NCBI GenBank assembly: GCA_949372955.1
Contig: CASIAX010000008.1
Coordinates: 84,368-148,367, forward strand
Direction of reading: 5' to 3'
DNA: 64,000 nt
Source: an uncultured Flavobacteriaceae bacterium
Lineage (GTDB): Bacteria > Bacteroidota > Bacteroidia > Flavobacteriales > Flavobacteriaceae
How positions within the stretch are numbered: the first letter of the stretch is position 1; the number at the start of each line of letters is the position of its first letter. Below are positions 41,540 to 51,301 of the stretch, in pieces. Under the pieces are notes generated by a model. It was not told the origin of the DNA and did not search any database. It saw only the letters and a list, made by a program, of their open reading frames with translations. The position numbers and the translations under genes are program-made.

Positions 41540-41725
41540 TTTAGATTAATTTTTTTAATCTGTAATAACATTACCTAATTTAGCATTGTATTTAATATTT
41601 AAAAAAGTGTGAGTCATGCGTGTATAAATATTTATATTGTCTCTTTTTTATAATGAATATTACAGCTCAAGGCAATTATAAAGGGCTTTCAGATTACTAC
41701 AAAGACCAGTTTATAATAGGGACAA

Positions 41726-42574
41726 TTAAGAGCTAGACGACTTCAATCCTCTAATAAATCTATATTTTCCAAAAACATCTTTTTTTAACTCGATTTCAGA
41801 AAATCTATAAGAAGCTAAGAGTGATTCCATTTCATTGAACAAATTCTCATTTATCTCAAAATACACACTTCCTTTTTCACTTAAATTAGATTTTGCAAAT
41901 TCTAAAATAGCTCTGTAAAAGACTAGCGGATCATCATCATCAACAAATAAAGCTAATGGAGGTTCAAAATTCAATACATTATTTTGAATTTTTATTTTTT
42001 CTAAATTCCTTACATATGGCGGATTAGAAACAATTAAATCGTATTTTTTTTCAGATGTATAGCTGAAAATATCGGCACTAATAAAACTAATGTCAACTTC
42101 ATTTTTTTGAGTATTATCCTTCGCTAATTCTAATGCAGCATCACTTATATCTAGAGCAGAAACAGTATAATCTGTATTATTCTTTGCTAACGAAATAGGG
42201 ATGCAACCAGTACCAGTTCCTATATCTAAAATTGAGATTTTATTTTTTTCAGATTTGAGAATCCAATCTACTAACTCTTCTGTTTCAGGTCTTGGAATTA
42301 ACGCTGAAGGAGTACAAATAAAATCAAGTCCATAAAAAGATGTTGTATTTAGTATGTACTGTATAGGCTCTTCATTTAATAGCCTTATAATTACTTTTGA
42401 GAACATATCAAGCTGCTCTTTATTAATAAGCTCCTCGCCTACCAATAACAGTTTAGTGGGAGTTATATTCAAATACTCTTCACATAGTATTTTAAAAAAA
42501 GATAGAACCTCTTCTTTCTGATAAGTGACAGACAACTTAGTTATAAAGTCAATTTTTAAATCTTTTAATTTCAT
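41726..42574 (-). CDS. prmC: Release-factor glutamine N5-methyltransferase
   Basis: 282 aa with SAM motif LDIGTGTGCI and catalytic NPPY (IVSNPPYV). Confidence 0.85.
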   Translation of the reverse strand: MKLKDLKIDFITKLSVTYQKEEVLSFFKILCEEYLNITPTKLLLVGEELINKEQLDMFSKVIIRLLNEEPIQYILNTTSFYGLDFICTPSALIPRPETEELVDWILKSEKNKISILDIGTGTGCIPISLAKNNTDYTVSALDISDAALELAKDNTQKNEVDISFISADIFSYTSEKKYDLIVSNPPYVRNLEKIKIQNNVLNFEPPLALFVDDDDPLVFYRAILEFAKSNLSEKGSVYFEINENLFNEMESLLASYRFSEIELKKDVFGKYRFIRGLKSSSS

Positions 42575-43065
42575 TACAGATTTTTAGTCATATGAATATC
42601 ACAAGAAAAATGGCTAGTATTACCTAGTGCTCCATTTATTTTTTTGAATCCAAACTTGTCATATAATATTATTGCTGACTGAAGTTGAGTAATTGTTTCT
42701 AAGTAACATATTTTAAAATTTGATTCGATAGCAAAATTTAAGCATTTTTGTAGCATTTCTTTACCTAAACCTTTACCTCTAATTGATTTTGAAAAATACA
42801 TTTTTTGAAGCTCACATATATTGTCATCTCCATTTTCTAAAGGCTTTATACCCCCACCACCTACAATAATACCATTAGACTCAATAATAAAATATTTTTC
42901 TCTATTATTTTGATAACTTTCGTACATAATATCAGTTTCGCTATCTGCATATGCTGTTCCAATAAGTGGTAATTTTAACTCAACGAAAACATCTCTAATT
43001 ACGTTTCGAATTTGCAAATTATCTTGTGGTAGAATTTCTCTAATAATGTAACTGGAATCTTTCAA
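42574..43065 (-). CDS. GNAT-family N-acetyltransferase
   Basis: 163 aa with the acetyl-CoA motif IRGKGLGKEML. Confidence 0.8.
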   Translation of the reverse strand: MKDSSYIIREILPQDNLQIRNVIRDVFVELKLPLIGTAYADSETDIMYESYQNNREKYFIIESNGIIVGGGGIKPLENGDDNICELQKMYFSKSIRGKGLGKEMLQKCLNFAIESNFKICYLETITQLQSAIILYDKFGFKKINGALGNTSHFSCDIHMTKNL

Positions 43066-43102
43066 TTTAGAACAAATTTATGTAGTGTGAATATACATGA
43101 AA

Positions 43103-43122
43103 AATACATTAATTAATGTATT
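43103..43122. repeat. Perfect 20-bp palindrome AATACATTAATTAATGTATT in the divergent GNAT / DEAD-box helicase intergenic region
   Basis: Read directly. The left half AATACATTAA is the exact reverse complement of the right half TTAATGTATT. Function unknown. Confidence 0.9.
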
Positions 43123-43275
43123 CAATTAGCAAAAACACTAAACCTAAAACAACTATAATTGATACTTAATTAATAATTAATATATCTGGTTGACTGATTG
43201 AATACAGATTTATAATAATATCATAAGATTAAATAGTTAGAATGTATTGTTACTATCTTTACTGAAAAAATTTTT

Positions 43276-44616
43276 ATGTCAAAACAGTTTTTAGATTTAG
43301 GAGTAAATAAACAATTACAAAAAAGTCTAGTTGATTTAGAAATTTGTATTCCTACAGAAATACAAGAACAAACCATACCAGTTATTCTTGGTCAAAAAAA
43401 AGATATTACTGTTTTAGCAAAAACTGGTACTGGAAAAACAGTAGCTTTTGGCATTCCTTTATTACAGCTAATTGACGTTAAAGATACCAAAATACAAACG
43501 TTAATATTAACCCCGACAAGAGAGTTAGGGCAACAGATTTATAATAATTTAAAGAGTTTTACTAATGATAGTCCTGAGATTTTAATAAGCTCAACACTTG
43601 GTGGTATTCCAATAAAACCTCAGATTGAAAGTTTAACTAAAACAACACATCTAGTTGTAGCAACACCGGGAAGATTAGTTGATTTAATAAAGCGTGGTGC
43701 TATTAGCGTAGTTGATTTAAAATACTTGGTTTTAGATGAGGCTGATGAAATGGTAAGTGCATTAAAAGAAGAAGTTGATTTTATTATTAAAAAAATCCCT
43801 AAATCAAGAAGAACATTACTGTTTACAGCTACCATGTCTGGAACTATTAAGCAACTAGTTCAAAATTATATGTCAAAACATGTCACACACATTGAAGTGG
43901 ATATGAAAACCAAAGGGCATCAAGGGATTGAACATCAATTTGTAGTAGTAGAGCCAATAGAAAAATTAGACGTTTTACTTCATTTTTTAAATTCCAAAGA
44001 AGGAGATCGTGGAATTATATTTTGTAAAACTAAAGCTGCAGTTAATAAATTAGCAAAGAAATTAGCAATAAATAAATTTTCTTCAGGAGCTATTCACGGA
44101 AGTTTAACTCAAGGAATACGTGATAGAATTATGGGGCAGTTTAGACAAGGCCACATTAATATTTTAGTTGCGACTGATCTAGCATCTCGTGGTATTGACG
44201 TCAAAGAAATCTCCTACGTTATAAATTATCATTTACCAGACACATATGAGAACTATGTTCATCGAAGCGGTCGTACTGCTAGAGCTGGAGCTAAAGGATA
44301 TGCACTTACTATTTTACAAAAAGAAGAAGTTATAGACATTGCAGATTTTGAAACGGAATTAGGAATTAAATTTAATGAATTTATAAAGGCAGATGCACAG
44401 AGCATTGAAGAAAATAACACTTTACTATGGGCAAAAAAAATATTTAAAACAAAGCCAAACCGAGAAGTAGATTATAATTTCAAAACTAAAGTAAATACTA
44501 TATTTCATCATCTAACAAAGGAAGAGCTAATAGATAAACTGCTAGCTAATCAATTAGCAATGCCTAGTAAATCAATAGGTAAAATAGAGGTCATTAAAAA
44601 GCATAAAAATAACTAA
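43276..44616 (+). CDS. DEAD-box ATP-dependent RNA helicase
   Basis: 446 aa with a Q-motif region, AKTGTGKT, PTRELG, DEAD, TAT and HRSGRTAR. Confidence 0.9.
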   Translation: MSKQFLDLGVNKQLQKSLVDLEICIPTEIQEQTIPVILGQKKDITVLAKTGTGKTVAFGIPLLQLIDVKDTKIQTLILTPTRELGQQIYNNLKSFTNDSPEILISSTLGGIPIKPQIESLTKTTHLVVATPGRLVDLIKRGAISVVDLKYLVLDEADEMVSALKEEVDFIIKKIPKSRRTLLFTATMSGTIKQLVQNYMSKHVTHIEVDMKTKGHQGIEHQFVVVEPIEKLDVLLHFLNSKEGDRGIIFCKTKAAVNKLAKKLAINKFSSGAIHGSLTQGIRDRIMGQFRQGHINILVATDLASRGIDVKEISYVINYHLPDTYENYVHRSGRTARAGAKGYALTILQKEEVIDIADFETELGIKFNEFIKADAQSIEENNTLLWAKKIFKTKPNREVDYNFKTKVNTIFHHLTKEELIDKLLANQLAMPSKSIGKIEVIKKHKNN

Positions 44617-44622
44617 CTAATT

Positions 44623-45936
44623 ATGGCAAACAGCATCAAAAATCAACAAGATATTTTAGCAAAATTAAATATTAATAGCTTAAATACGATGCAAGAAGAA
44701 GCTGTTTCTGTTATTGAAACAACGACGAATACTATAATATTATCTCCTACTGGAACAGGTAAAACACTAGCATTTTCATTACCATTATTAAAGACTTTAA
44801 TATCAGATAGTAAAGAGGTCCAAGCATTAATACTGGTTCCATCTAGAGAGCTTGCTATTCAAATTGAACAGGTAATTAGATCTATGGGGTCTGGTTATAA
44901 AGTAAATGCAGTTTATGGCGGTAGACCTATGTCGAAAGATAAAATTGAAATTAAACATACTCCTGCTATTTTAATAGGTACACCTGGACGTGTATTAGAT
45001 CATTTCAACAATGAGCGTTTTTCCTTAAAATATATTAAGACACTAGTGTTGGATGAATTTGATAAATCTTTAGAAGATGGTTTTGAGCTAGAAATGAAAG
45101 GGATTATTGGAAAACTATCTAATATTAATAAACGGATTCTAACATCTGCAACTCAAAGTCTTACTGTACCAGGTTTTGTCCGCCTAGACAAGCCAACAAC
45201 AATTAACTATTTAAAAGAAAAAACAGTATCAAAACTAACAATAAAAACAGTTATATCTAAGGAAAAAAATAAACTTAAAACTTTATTAGAGCTAATGCAG
45301 CATATCGGTAATCAGCCAGGAATTATATTCTGTAATTTAAGAGATAGCATTGGACATGTAAGCGCATATTTAGAAAAAAATAAAATTAGTCATGCTTGTT
45401 TCTCTGGAGGTATGGAACAGAAAGATAGAGAAAGAGCGTTAATAAAGTTTAGAAATGGAACTTGTCAAGTATTAGTTGCAACTGATTTAGCTTCTAGAGG
45501 TATAGATATTTCGGAAATGAACTACATTATTCATTACGAACTACCTCGACATGAAGAAGAGTTCATACATAGAAATGGGAGGACAGCTAGGGTTAATTCA
45601 AAAGGGACCGCATATGTATTGAAATGGGAAAAAGAATTACTTCCTGAGTTTATTAAAAATGTTAAAGGTATAAATATTTCTAAAAAAGCAACCTTTAAAC
45701 CTCAATTTTGGAGTACGCTATTTATATCTGGTGGAAGAAAAGATAAAATTTCAAAAGGAGATATTGCAGGATTATTTTTTAAGAAAGGAAGCCTAAATAA
45801 AGATCAGCTAGGTACAATTGAACTAAAGCAAGATTGTGCATTTGTGGCTATACCAATGTCAATTGCAAATGAGTTAGTTAAAAAACTAAACAACTCAAGA
45901 TTGAAAAAGAAAAAAGTAAGAGTTACTGTTTTATAA
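44623..45936 (+). CDS. dbpA: DEAD/DEFD-box RNA helicase with DbpA-type C-terminal RNA-binding domain
   Basis: 437 aa with SPTGTGKT, PSRELA, DEFD, SAT and HRNGRTAR. C-terminal GGRKDKISKGDIAGLF..AFVAIP resembles the DbpA RBD. Confidence 0.75.
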   Translation: MANSIKNQQDILAKLNINSLNTMQEEAVSVIETTTNTIILSPTGTGKTLAFSLPLLKTLISDSKEVQALILVPSRELAIQIEQVIRSMGSGYKVNAVYGGRPMSKDKIEIKHTPAILIGTPGRVLDHFNNERFSLKYIKTLVLDEFDKSLEDGFELEMKGIIGKLSNINKRILTSATQSLTVPGFVRLDKPTTINYLKEKTVSKLTIKTVISKEKNKLKTLLELMQHIGNQPGIIFCNLRDSIGHVSAYLEKNKISHACFSGGMEQKDRERALIKFRNGTCQVLVATDLASRGIDISEMNYIIHYELPRHEEEFIHRNGRTARVNSKGTAYVLKWEKELLPEFIKNVKGINISKKATFKPQFWSTLFISGGRKDKISKGDIAGLFFKKGSLNKDQLGTIELKQDCAFVAIPMSIANELVKKLNNSRLKKKKVRVTVL

Positions 45937-45996
45937 ACAAGTATCGTTTTAATAGATAGAACTATACTTTTCAAAATTTAATACTATTTTTGTTTA

Positions 45997-47001
45997 GTGA
46001 ATATCCACGAAAAATATATTAATAGGTGTATCCAAATTGGTAAAAATGCTGCTCCTTCAGCATACCCTAATCCAAATGTTGGATGTTGTATTGTTTATAA
46101 AAATTGCATAATTGGTGAAGGGTTTACAAGTGCTTATGGTGGCAGTCATGCAGAAGTTAACGCTATTAATTCAGTTGAAAATAAAGAACTTTTAAAAGCA
46201 TCAACATTATATGTTACTCTTGAACCTTGTTCTCACTTTGGAAAAACTCCTCCATGTGCTGACCTTATTCTTAAATATAAAATTCCATATATATATATAG
46301 GAATTAAAGATCCCAACCCTAGAGTAAGTGGTAATGGAATAAAAAGATTAGAAGAATGTGGAATTAAAGTTAAGGTTGGTGTATTGTCAAAAAAATGTAA
46401 AGAGCATCATAAAATATTTTTAACAAATATTAAAGAAAAACGCCCTTATATAGTTTTAAAGTGGGCTGAATCTAGCGATTCTTTTATTGCTCCTCTTAAA
46501 AAAAAAATCACAAAGCCTGTGTGGCTTTCTAATGAATACTCCAGACAACTATCTCATAAATTAAGAACAGAGTTTGATTGTATTCTTGTTGGTAGTAAAA
46601 CTATTATTAGTGACAATCCAATGTTAAATAGTAGAGACTGGTATGGTGAGTCACCAAAAATAGCAGTAATAAACAAAGCAAATGATTTAGATAAAAATTT
46701 AAATATTTTTAAGACAACTACAGAAGTTATTATTATTGATGAAAAGTGCATTGATTTTACTCAAAATATTGCGAAACAAATTTGCTATTACTTAATTTCA
46801 AAAGGAATTTCAAGATTACTTGTTGAAGGGGGTTCACAAACAATTAATACATTTATTAAAGAAGATTTATGGGACGAAATCAAAGTTTTTAAATCTCCTC
46901 TAGAAATAAAAGAAGGTATTAAAGCTCCAAAAATAAATCTACAAACAAAAAACAAAAAAGAAATAATTAAAGACAATTTAGTAACCTATCTAAATAATTA
47001 G
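45997..47001 (+). CDS. ribD: Bifunctional riboflavin biosynthesis deaminase/reductase
   Basis: 334 aa with a GTG start, the deaminase zinc motifs HAEVNAI and PCSHFGKTPPC, and a reductase C-domain. Confidence 0.9.
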   Translation: MNIHEKYINRCIQIGKNAAPSAYPNPNVGCCIVYKNCIIGEGFTSAYGGSHAEVNAINSVENKELLKASTLYVTLEPCSHFGKTPPCADLILKYKIPYIYIGIKDPNPRVSGNGIKRLEECGIKVKVGVLSKKCKEHHKIFLTNIKEKRPYIVLKWAESSDSFIAPLKKKITKPVWLSNEYSRQLSHKLRTEFDCILVGSKTIISDNPMLNSRDWYGESPKIAVINKANDLDKNLNIFKTTTEVIIIDEKCIDFTQNIAKQICYYLISKGISRLLVEGGSQTINTFIKEDLWDEIKVFKSPLEIKEGIKAPKINLQTKNKKEIIKDNLVTYLNN

Positions 47002-47004
47002 TTT

Positions 47005-47397
47005 TTAAATCTTGTCTAATATATAATTTGGACACCTCATTGGTTTATTGTTTTTTTTATTTAAAAACACTAAATGAGTAGTTCCGGTAGTCAGTAGTTC
47101 GTTTTTATTATTAAATATATTATAACCAAATTTAATTCTTACCGTAGGAGTCTCTAACAAAAAGGTTTCGATTGTTAACTCATCATCATAATAAGCTGAT
47201 TTCAAAAAACTAGTTTCTAAGTAAATAACTGGTAATAAAATTCCTTGAGATTCCATTTCTTTATAAGATACTCCTATTTGAGTTATCCAATCTAGTCTAC
47301 CAATTTCAAAAAATTGAGCATAGTTACCGTGATAAACAAATCCCATTTGGTCTGTTTCTCCGTATCTTATCCGGATTTTAGTTATAGTTTTTTTCAT
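47005..47397 (-). CDS. Acyl-CoA thioesterase (4HBT / YbgC-like hotdog fold)
   Basis: 130 aa with IRIRYGETDQMGFVYHGNY. Confidence 0.8.
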   Translation of the reverse strand: MKKTITKIRIRYGETDQMGFVYHGNYAQFFEIGRLDWITQIGVSYKEMESQGILLPVIYLETSFLKSAYYDDELTIETFLLETPTVRIKFGYNIFNNKNELLTTGTTHLVFLNKKNNKPMRCPNYILDKI

Positions 47398-47595
47398 TAA
47401 TAATTTTTTGGTTTATAGAAAAAATAGGTTAAATTTATCAATAGTGAAACATGCAAAAAAAAAAGTTAATAATCAATAGTTTTTAATTTTTTTTTTTCAA
47501 AATTTGTTCACATATTTGCCTTTCAGTTTTATATAGTTTTTTTATAGGCTGTTTTTCAAATTAAACTAACTAAATATTATAAATTTCATCAGTTA

Positions 47596-49023
47596 ATGAA
47601 TATTACAGCTAACTCTGTCTGGACTAATTGCCTAAAGTTTGTAAAAGACAATATTCAACCCCAAGCATATAAAACTTGGTTTGAACCAATTCAAGCTGTT
47701 AAATTAACGGACAAATCACTAAGTATTCAAGTTCCAAGTAAATTCTTTTACGAATGGCTTGAAGAGCATTATGTAAAGCTGTTGAAAGTTGCCTTAAGAA
47801 AAGAATTAGGGGAAGATGCTAAATTAGTTTACATAATAAAAATGGAAAACACTTTTGGTAATACAGAACCTTTTACTGAAAAAATACCAAGTTCAAATAA
47901 TAACCCAACAAATTCTCAGAATGTAACTACTTCGATTAATAAAAAAATTCCTCAATTGAGAAATCCTTTTATTATTCCTGGAATCCAAAATGTAAAGATT
48001 GAATCTCAGTTGAATCCTAACTACACTTTTGAAAACTTTCTTGAAGGTGACTCTAACAGGCTAGCAAGAAATGCTGGAATAGCAGTTTCTAACAAACCAG
48101 GAGGTACATCATTCAATCCGTTGTTGATTTTTGGAGGAGTAGGTTTAGGAAAAACCCACTTAGCACATTCCATTGGAATTGATATTAAAGAAAAATATCC
48201 TGAAAGAACTGTTTTATATATAACTGCTGAAAAGTTCACTCAACAGTATATTGAGGCTATTAAAAAGAATAATAGAAATGATTTTATTCATTTCTATCAA
48301 ATAATTGATGTTTTAATTGTAGATGACGTTCAGTTCTTATCTGGTAAATCAGGTACACAAGATGTGTTTTTTCATATTTTTAATCACTTACACCAAAACG
48401 GCAAACAGGTTATCTTAACTAGTGATAAGGCTCCTGTGGATATGCAAGACATTGAGTTAAGGTTATTGTCAAGATTTAAATGGGGGCTATCCGCTGAGCT
48501 TCAAAATCCTGATTTTGAAACAAGGGTGTCCATATTAAACAATAAGTTATATCGTGATGGTGTGACAATGAGTGAAGAAGTTATTGATTATGTTGCGAAA
48601 AACATAAAAACTAACGTACGTGAATTAGAAGGTGCTATTATATCACTTATAGCTCAAGCTTCATTTAATAGAAAAGAAATTACTATTTCTCTAGCTAAAG
48701 AAATAGTTGAGAAATTTGTTAAGAATACTAAGAGGGAAGTCTCTATAGACTATATACAAAAAACAGTCTCTGATTATTTCCAAATGGAAGTTAGTACATT
48801 GCAGTCAAAGACAAGAAAAAGACATATAGTTCAAGCTAGGCAATTAGCTATGTTTTTTGCAAAGAAATTCACTAAAGCCTCATTAGCTAGTATTGGTTCT
48901 CAAATTGGGAAAAGAGACCATGCTACGGTTTTACACGCATGTAAAACTGTTGATAATCTTTCTTCTACTGATAAACAGTTTAGAAAATACGTTGAAGATT
49001 TAGGAAAAAAGCTCTCTATCTAA
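47596..49023 (+). CDS. dnaA: Chromosomal replication initiator protein DnaA
   Basis: 475 aa with Walker A GGVGLGKTHL, DDVQFL, the sensor region, and C-terminal DNA-binding IGKRDHATVLHA. Confidence 0.95.
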   Translation: MNITANSVWTNCLKFVKDNIQPQAYKTWFEPIQAVKLTDKSLSIQVPSKFFYEWLEEHYVKLLKVALRKELGEDAKLVYIIKMENTFGNTEPFTEKIPSSNNNPTNSQNVTTSINKKIPQLRNPFIIPGIQNVKIESQLNPNYTFENFLEGDSNRLARNAGIAVSNKPGGTSFNPLLIFGGVGLGKTHLAHSIGIDIKEKYPERTVLYITAEKFTQQYIEAIKKNNRNDFIHFYQIIDVLIVDDVQFLSGKSGTQDVFFHIFNHLHQNGKQVILTSDKAPVDMQDIELRLLSRFKWGLSAELQNPDFETRVSILNNKLYRDGVTMSEEVIDYVAKNIKTNVRELEGAIISLIAQASFNRKEITISLAKEIVEKFVKNTKREVSIDYIQKTVSDYFQMEVSTLQSKTRKRHIVQARQLAMFFAKKFTKASLASIGSQIGKRDHATVLHACKTVDNLSSTDKQFRKYVEDLGKKLSI

Positions 49024-49033
49024 AAATAAAAAT

Positions 49034-49741
49034 ATCAAAGGTAACTTATATCTAATTCCAAATACTTTAGGGGAGAACGAACCTTTAGAGGTTCTACCTA
49101 TTTCAGTAAAAAATATTGTTGAAGCAACAGATTATTATTTATTTGAAAATGAGAAAGCTGGTAGAAAATTTATTAAAAAAATCACTCCCTCTAAAGCACA
49201 AAATTCGCTTAAGATAAATTTAATAAATAAGTTTACAGTAAAAGAAGAGTTAAACTCTTTTTTAGACCCAATACACCAAGGTCATAATATTGGTTTAGTT
49301 TCAGATGCAGGTTGCCCAGGCGTTGCCGATCCAGGATCAGATATAATAAAAATAGCTCATCAATCAAACATAAAAGTAATTCCACTTGTAGGTCCATCAT
49401 CAATACTACTTGCAATTATGAGTTCAGGTTTAAATGGTCAAAACTTTGCTTTTAATGGCTACCTCCCTATTGACAAATCAGAAAAAAGAAATAAAATCAA
49501 AGAATTAGAGAGAATTTCTACTCAAAGAAATCAATCTCAGATATTTATCGAAACACCATATAGAAACAATAAAATGATTGAGGATTTAATAAGAACTTTA
49601 AATGGTGATACTAGCCTTTGTATTGCTTGTGACCTTACACTAAATACTGAATACATAAGAACATTATCAATTAATGAGTGGAAAAAAAATAAAATTAATA
49701 TTGATAAAAAACCAGCAATATTTATTATCCATAAAAACTAA
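49034..49741 (+). CDS. SAM-dependent methyltransferase of the tetrapyrrole-methylase fold (RsmI-like); start codon non-canonical
   Basis: The track shows only the C-terminal third (ATG 49418). The same frame is open from 49004 and encodes ..NIKGNLYLIPNTLGENEP..GLVSDAGCPGVADPGSDII..VIPLVGPSSILLAIMSSGL. There is no ATG, GTG or TTG in frame before 49418. ATC 49034 gives a 235-aa product. Confidence 0.7.
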   Translation: MKGNLYLIPNTLGENEPLEVLPISVKNIVEATDYYLFENEKAGRKFIKKITPSKAQNSLKINLINKFTVKEELNSFLDPIHQGHNIGLVSDAGCPGVADPGSDIIKIAHQSNIKVIPLVGPSSILLAIMSSGLNGQNFAFNGYLPIDKSEKRNKIKELERISTQRNQSQIFIETPYRNNKMIEDLIRTLNGDTSLCIACDLTLNTEYIRTLSINEWKKNKINIDKKPAIFIIHKN

Positions 49742-49745
49742 ATGT

Positions 49746-50789
49746 CTACTTTTTTATTCCTTTGGAGTCTAAATATTTATGGAATTTTTTTGCGTTATTA
49801 TTGTGTTCGTTCAGGCTTCTTGAGAAATTGTGATAACCAATGTTTTGAGGGTCAGCAGAAAAGTAAAAATAATTATGCATTTGATAATTTAAAACAGCAT
49901 CTATAGAATTAATGTCTGGTACTGCAATAAGACCAGGCGGAAGTCCTTTATACTTGTAAGTATTAAACTTTGAATCAATCTTCAAATGCTTATAAAGAAT
50001 TCTTCTTATAACAACATCTTTATACTCTGGCAATTGGTATGCAGCGAACTTTACAGTTGGGTCAGCTTGAAGAAGCCAATTGTTATTAATTCTGTTCATA
50101 TAAACTCCAGCAATAGTTCTTAGCTCAGTCGTCATTTTTGATTCTTGACTTACAATAGAAGCTAAAATCATAACCTGATTTTGACTTAAACCAATCTTTT
50201 TTAATTTATCTAAGCGTGAATCATTCCAAAATAAGTTATATTCTTTAAGCATTCTAGATCTAAATGATTCTGCATTAGTATCCCAATAAAAGTTATAGCT
50301 ATTGGGTAGAAAAATAGAAAGAAAATTATATTGGTTGAATCCATTTGATTTGAAAAAATCTAAATCCTTAAACGAATTTATTAATGATAAACTATCTGCC
50401 TCAATTTGAGTAGATATTTTACTTGCTAGTTCGTATTCATTATCAATGTTATTAAATATAACGTCTACGGTAAGCTTTCTGGATCTTAAGGAATTTATAA
50501 TTTCATTATTATTCATTCCTTGCTTAATAGCAAATTTTCCAGGCTTTAATTTTATATTATAGCCTTTTCTAATTGCTAACCTTTCAAATGAATTTATATT
50601 TTTTAAAATAGGCGATAGATCATTTTTTAATTCTTCAAAATCTTGATTAGAATAGACATAAACATAAGCTAAGTCATTATTAAAATTAGTGTTTGAAACA
50701 AACATAGTAACATAAACAAAGTAAGAAAATATTGACATTCCAATAAGTCCTAGTAATGAAATGATTAATAATATTTTTTTTATATACAT
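49746..50789 (-). CDS. mltG: Endolytic murein transglycosylase MltG (YceG-like)
   Basis: 347 aa with an N-terminal TM anchor, LASIVSQES and GLPPGLIAVP. Confidence 0.85.
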   Translation of the reverse strand: MYIKKILLIISLLGLIGMSIFSYFVYVTMFVSNTNFNNDLAYVYVYSNQDFEELKNDLSPILKNINSFERLAIRKGYNIKLKPGKFAIKQGMNNNEIINSLRSRKLTVDVIFNNIDNEYELASKISTQIEADSLSLINSFKDLDFFKSNGFNQYNFLSIFLPNSYNFYWDTNAESFRSRMLKEYNLFWNDSRLDKLKKIGLSQNQVMILASIVSQESKMTTELRTIAGVYMNRINNNWLLQADPTVKFAAYQLPEYKDVVIRRILYKHLKIDSKFNTYKYKGLPPGLIAVPDINSIDAVLNYQMHNYFYFSADPQNIGYHNFSRSLNEHNNNAKKFHKYLDSKGIKK

Positions 50790-51301
50790 CTTAGTTGTAG
50801 TAAAACTTCATTTTTAAATATTCCATTAAACAGAATCCAGTCTTTTTTTAATCCAACTTCTACAAAATTTGCACTTTTAAATAAGTTTAAACTTTGTATA
50901 TTATCTTCTAAAACGTTACAATATAATTGATGTAGGGAAAGGTGAGTTTTTGAATAATTAATAAGTAATTTAATTGCTTCTTTAGCATACCCCTGCATTT
51001 GTTTATCGTCATTAATAATTATTGCTACACCAGCTCTTTTATTTTTAAAATCTATATCAAATAAATCAATTAAGCCAATAGTATTGTACTCATAATCAGA
51101 AATGACCAATCTAAGTTGCTTAACTTTATAAATATCCATATCGGAATTTTCCAAGTAGCTAGTCAAAATATACTTAGAAAATGGAACTTGAACATCACTT
51201 ATACTCCAATACTTTTCATTATTTTCTACTAAAAATAAATAATCAATATCATTAGACTCTAAAGCTCTTAAAAAAATATATTTTCCCTTTAACGTATTCA
51301 T
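50780..51301 (-). CDS. GNAT-family N-acetyltransferase (RimJ/RimL-like)
   Basis: 173 aa. Acetyltransferase fold pattern with QGYAKEAIKLLI. Confidence 0.7.
   Translation of the reverse strand: MNTLKGKYIFLRALESNDIDYLFLVENNEKYWSISDVQVPFSKYILTSYLENSDMDIYKVKQLRLVISDYEYNTIGLIDLFDIDFKNKRAGVAIIINDDKQMQGYAKEAIKLLINYSKTHLSLHQLYCNVLEDNIQSLNLFKSANFVEVGLKKDWILFNGIFKNEVLLQLRCI

Noticed and set aside
41543-41561. AGATTAA-TTTTT-TTAATCT hairpin after thrA as an intrinsic terminator
   Set aside because: The stem is 7 bp and AT-only with no following T-run, so it is too weak to call.
45937-45996. FMN riboswitch upstream of ribD
   Set aside because: The spacer is only 60 nt and lacks the conserved FMN aptamer segments.
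49233-49415. 60-aa minus-strand ORF
   Set aside because: It lies antisense to the conserved N-terminal half of the RsmI-like methyltransferase (GLVSDAGCPGVADPG region), so the plus-strand reading is clearly the real one.
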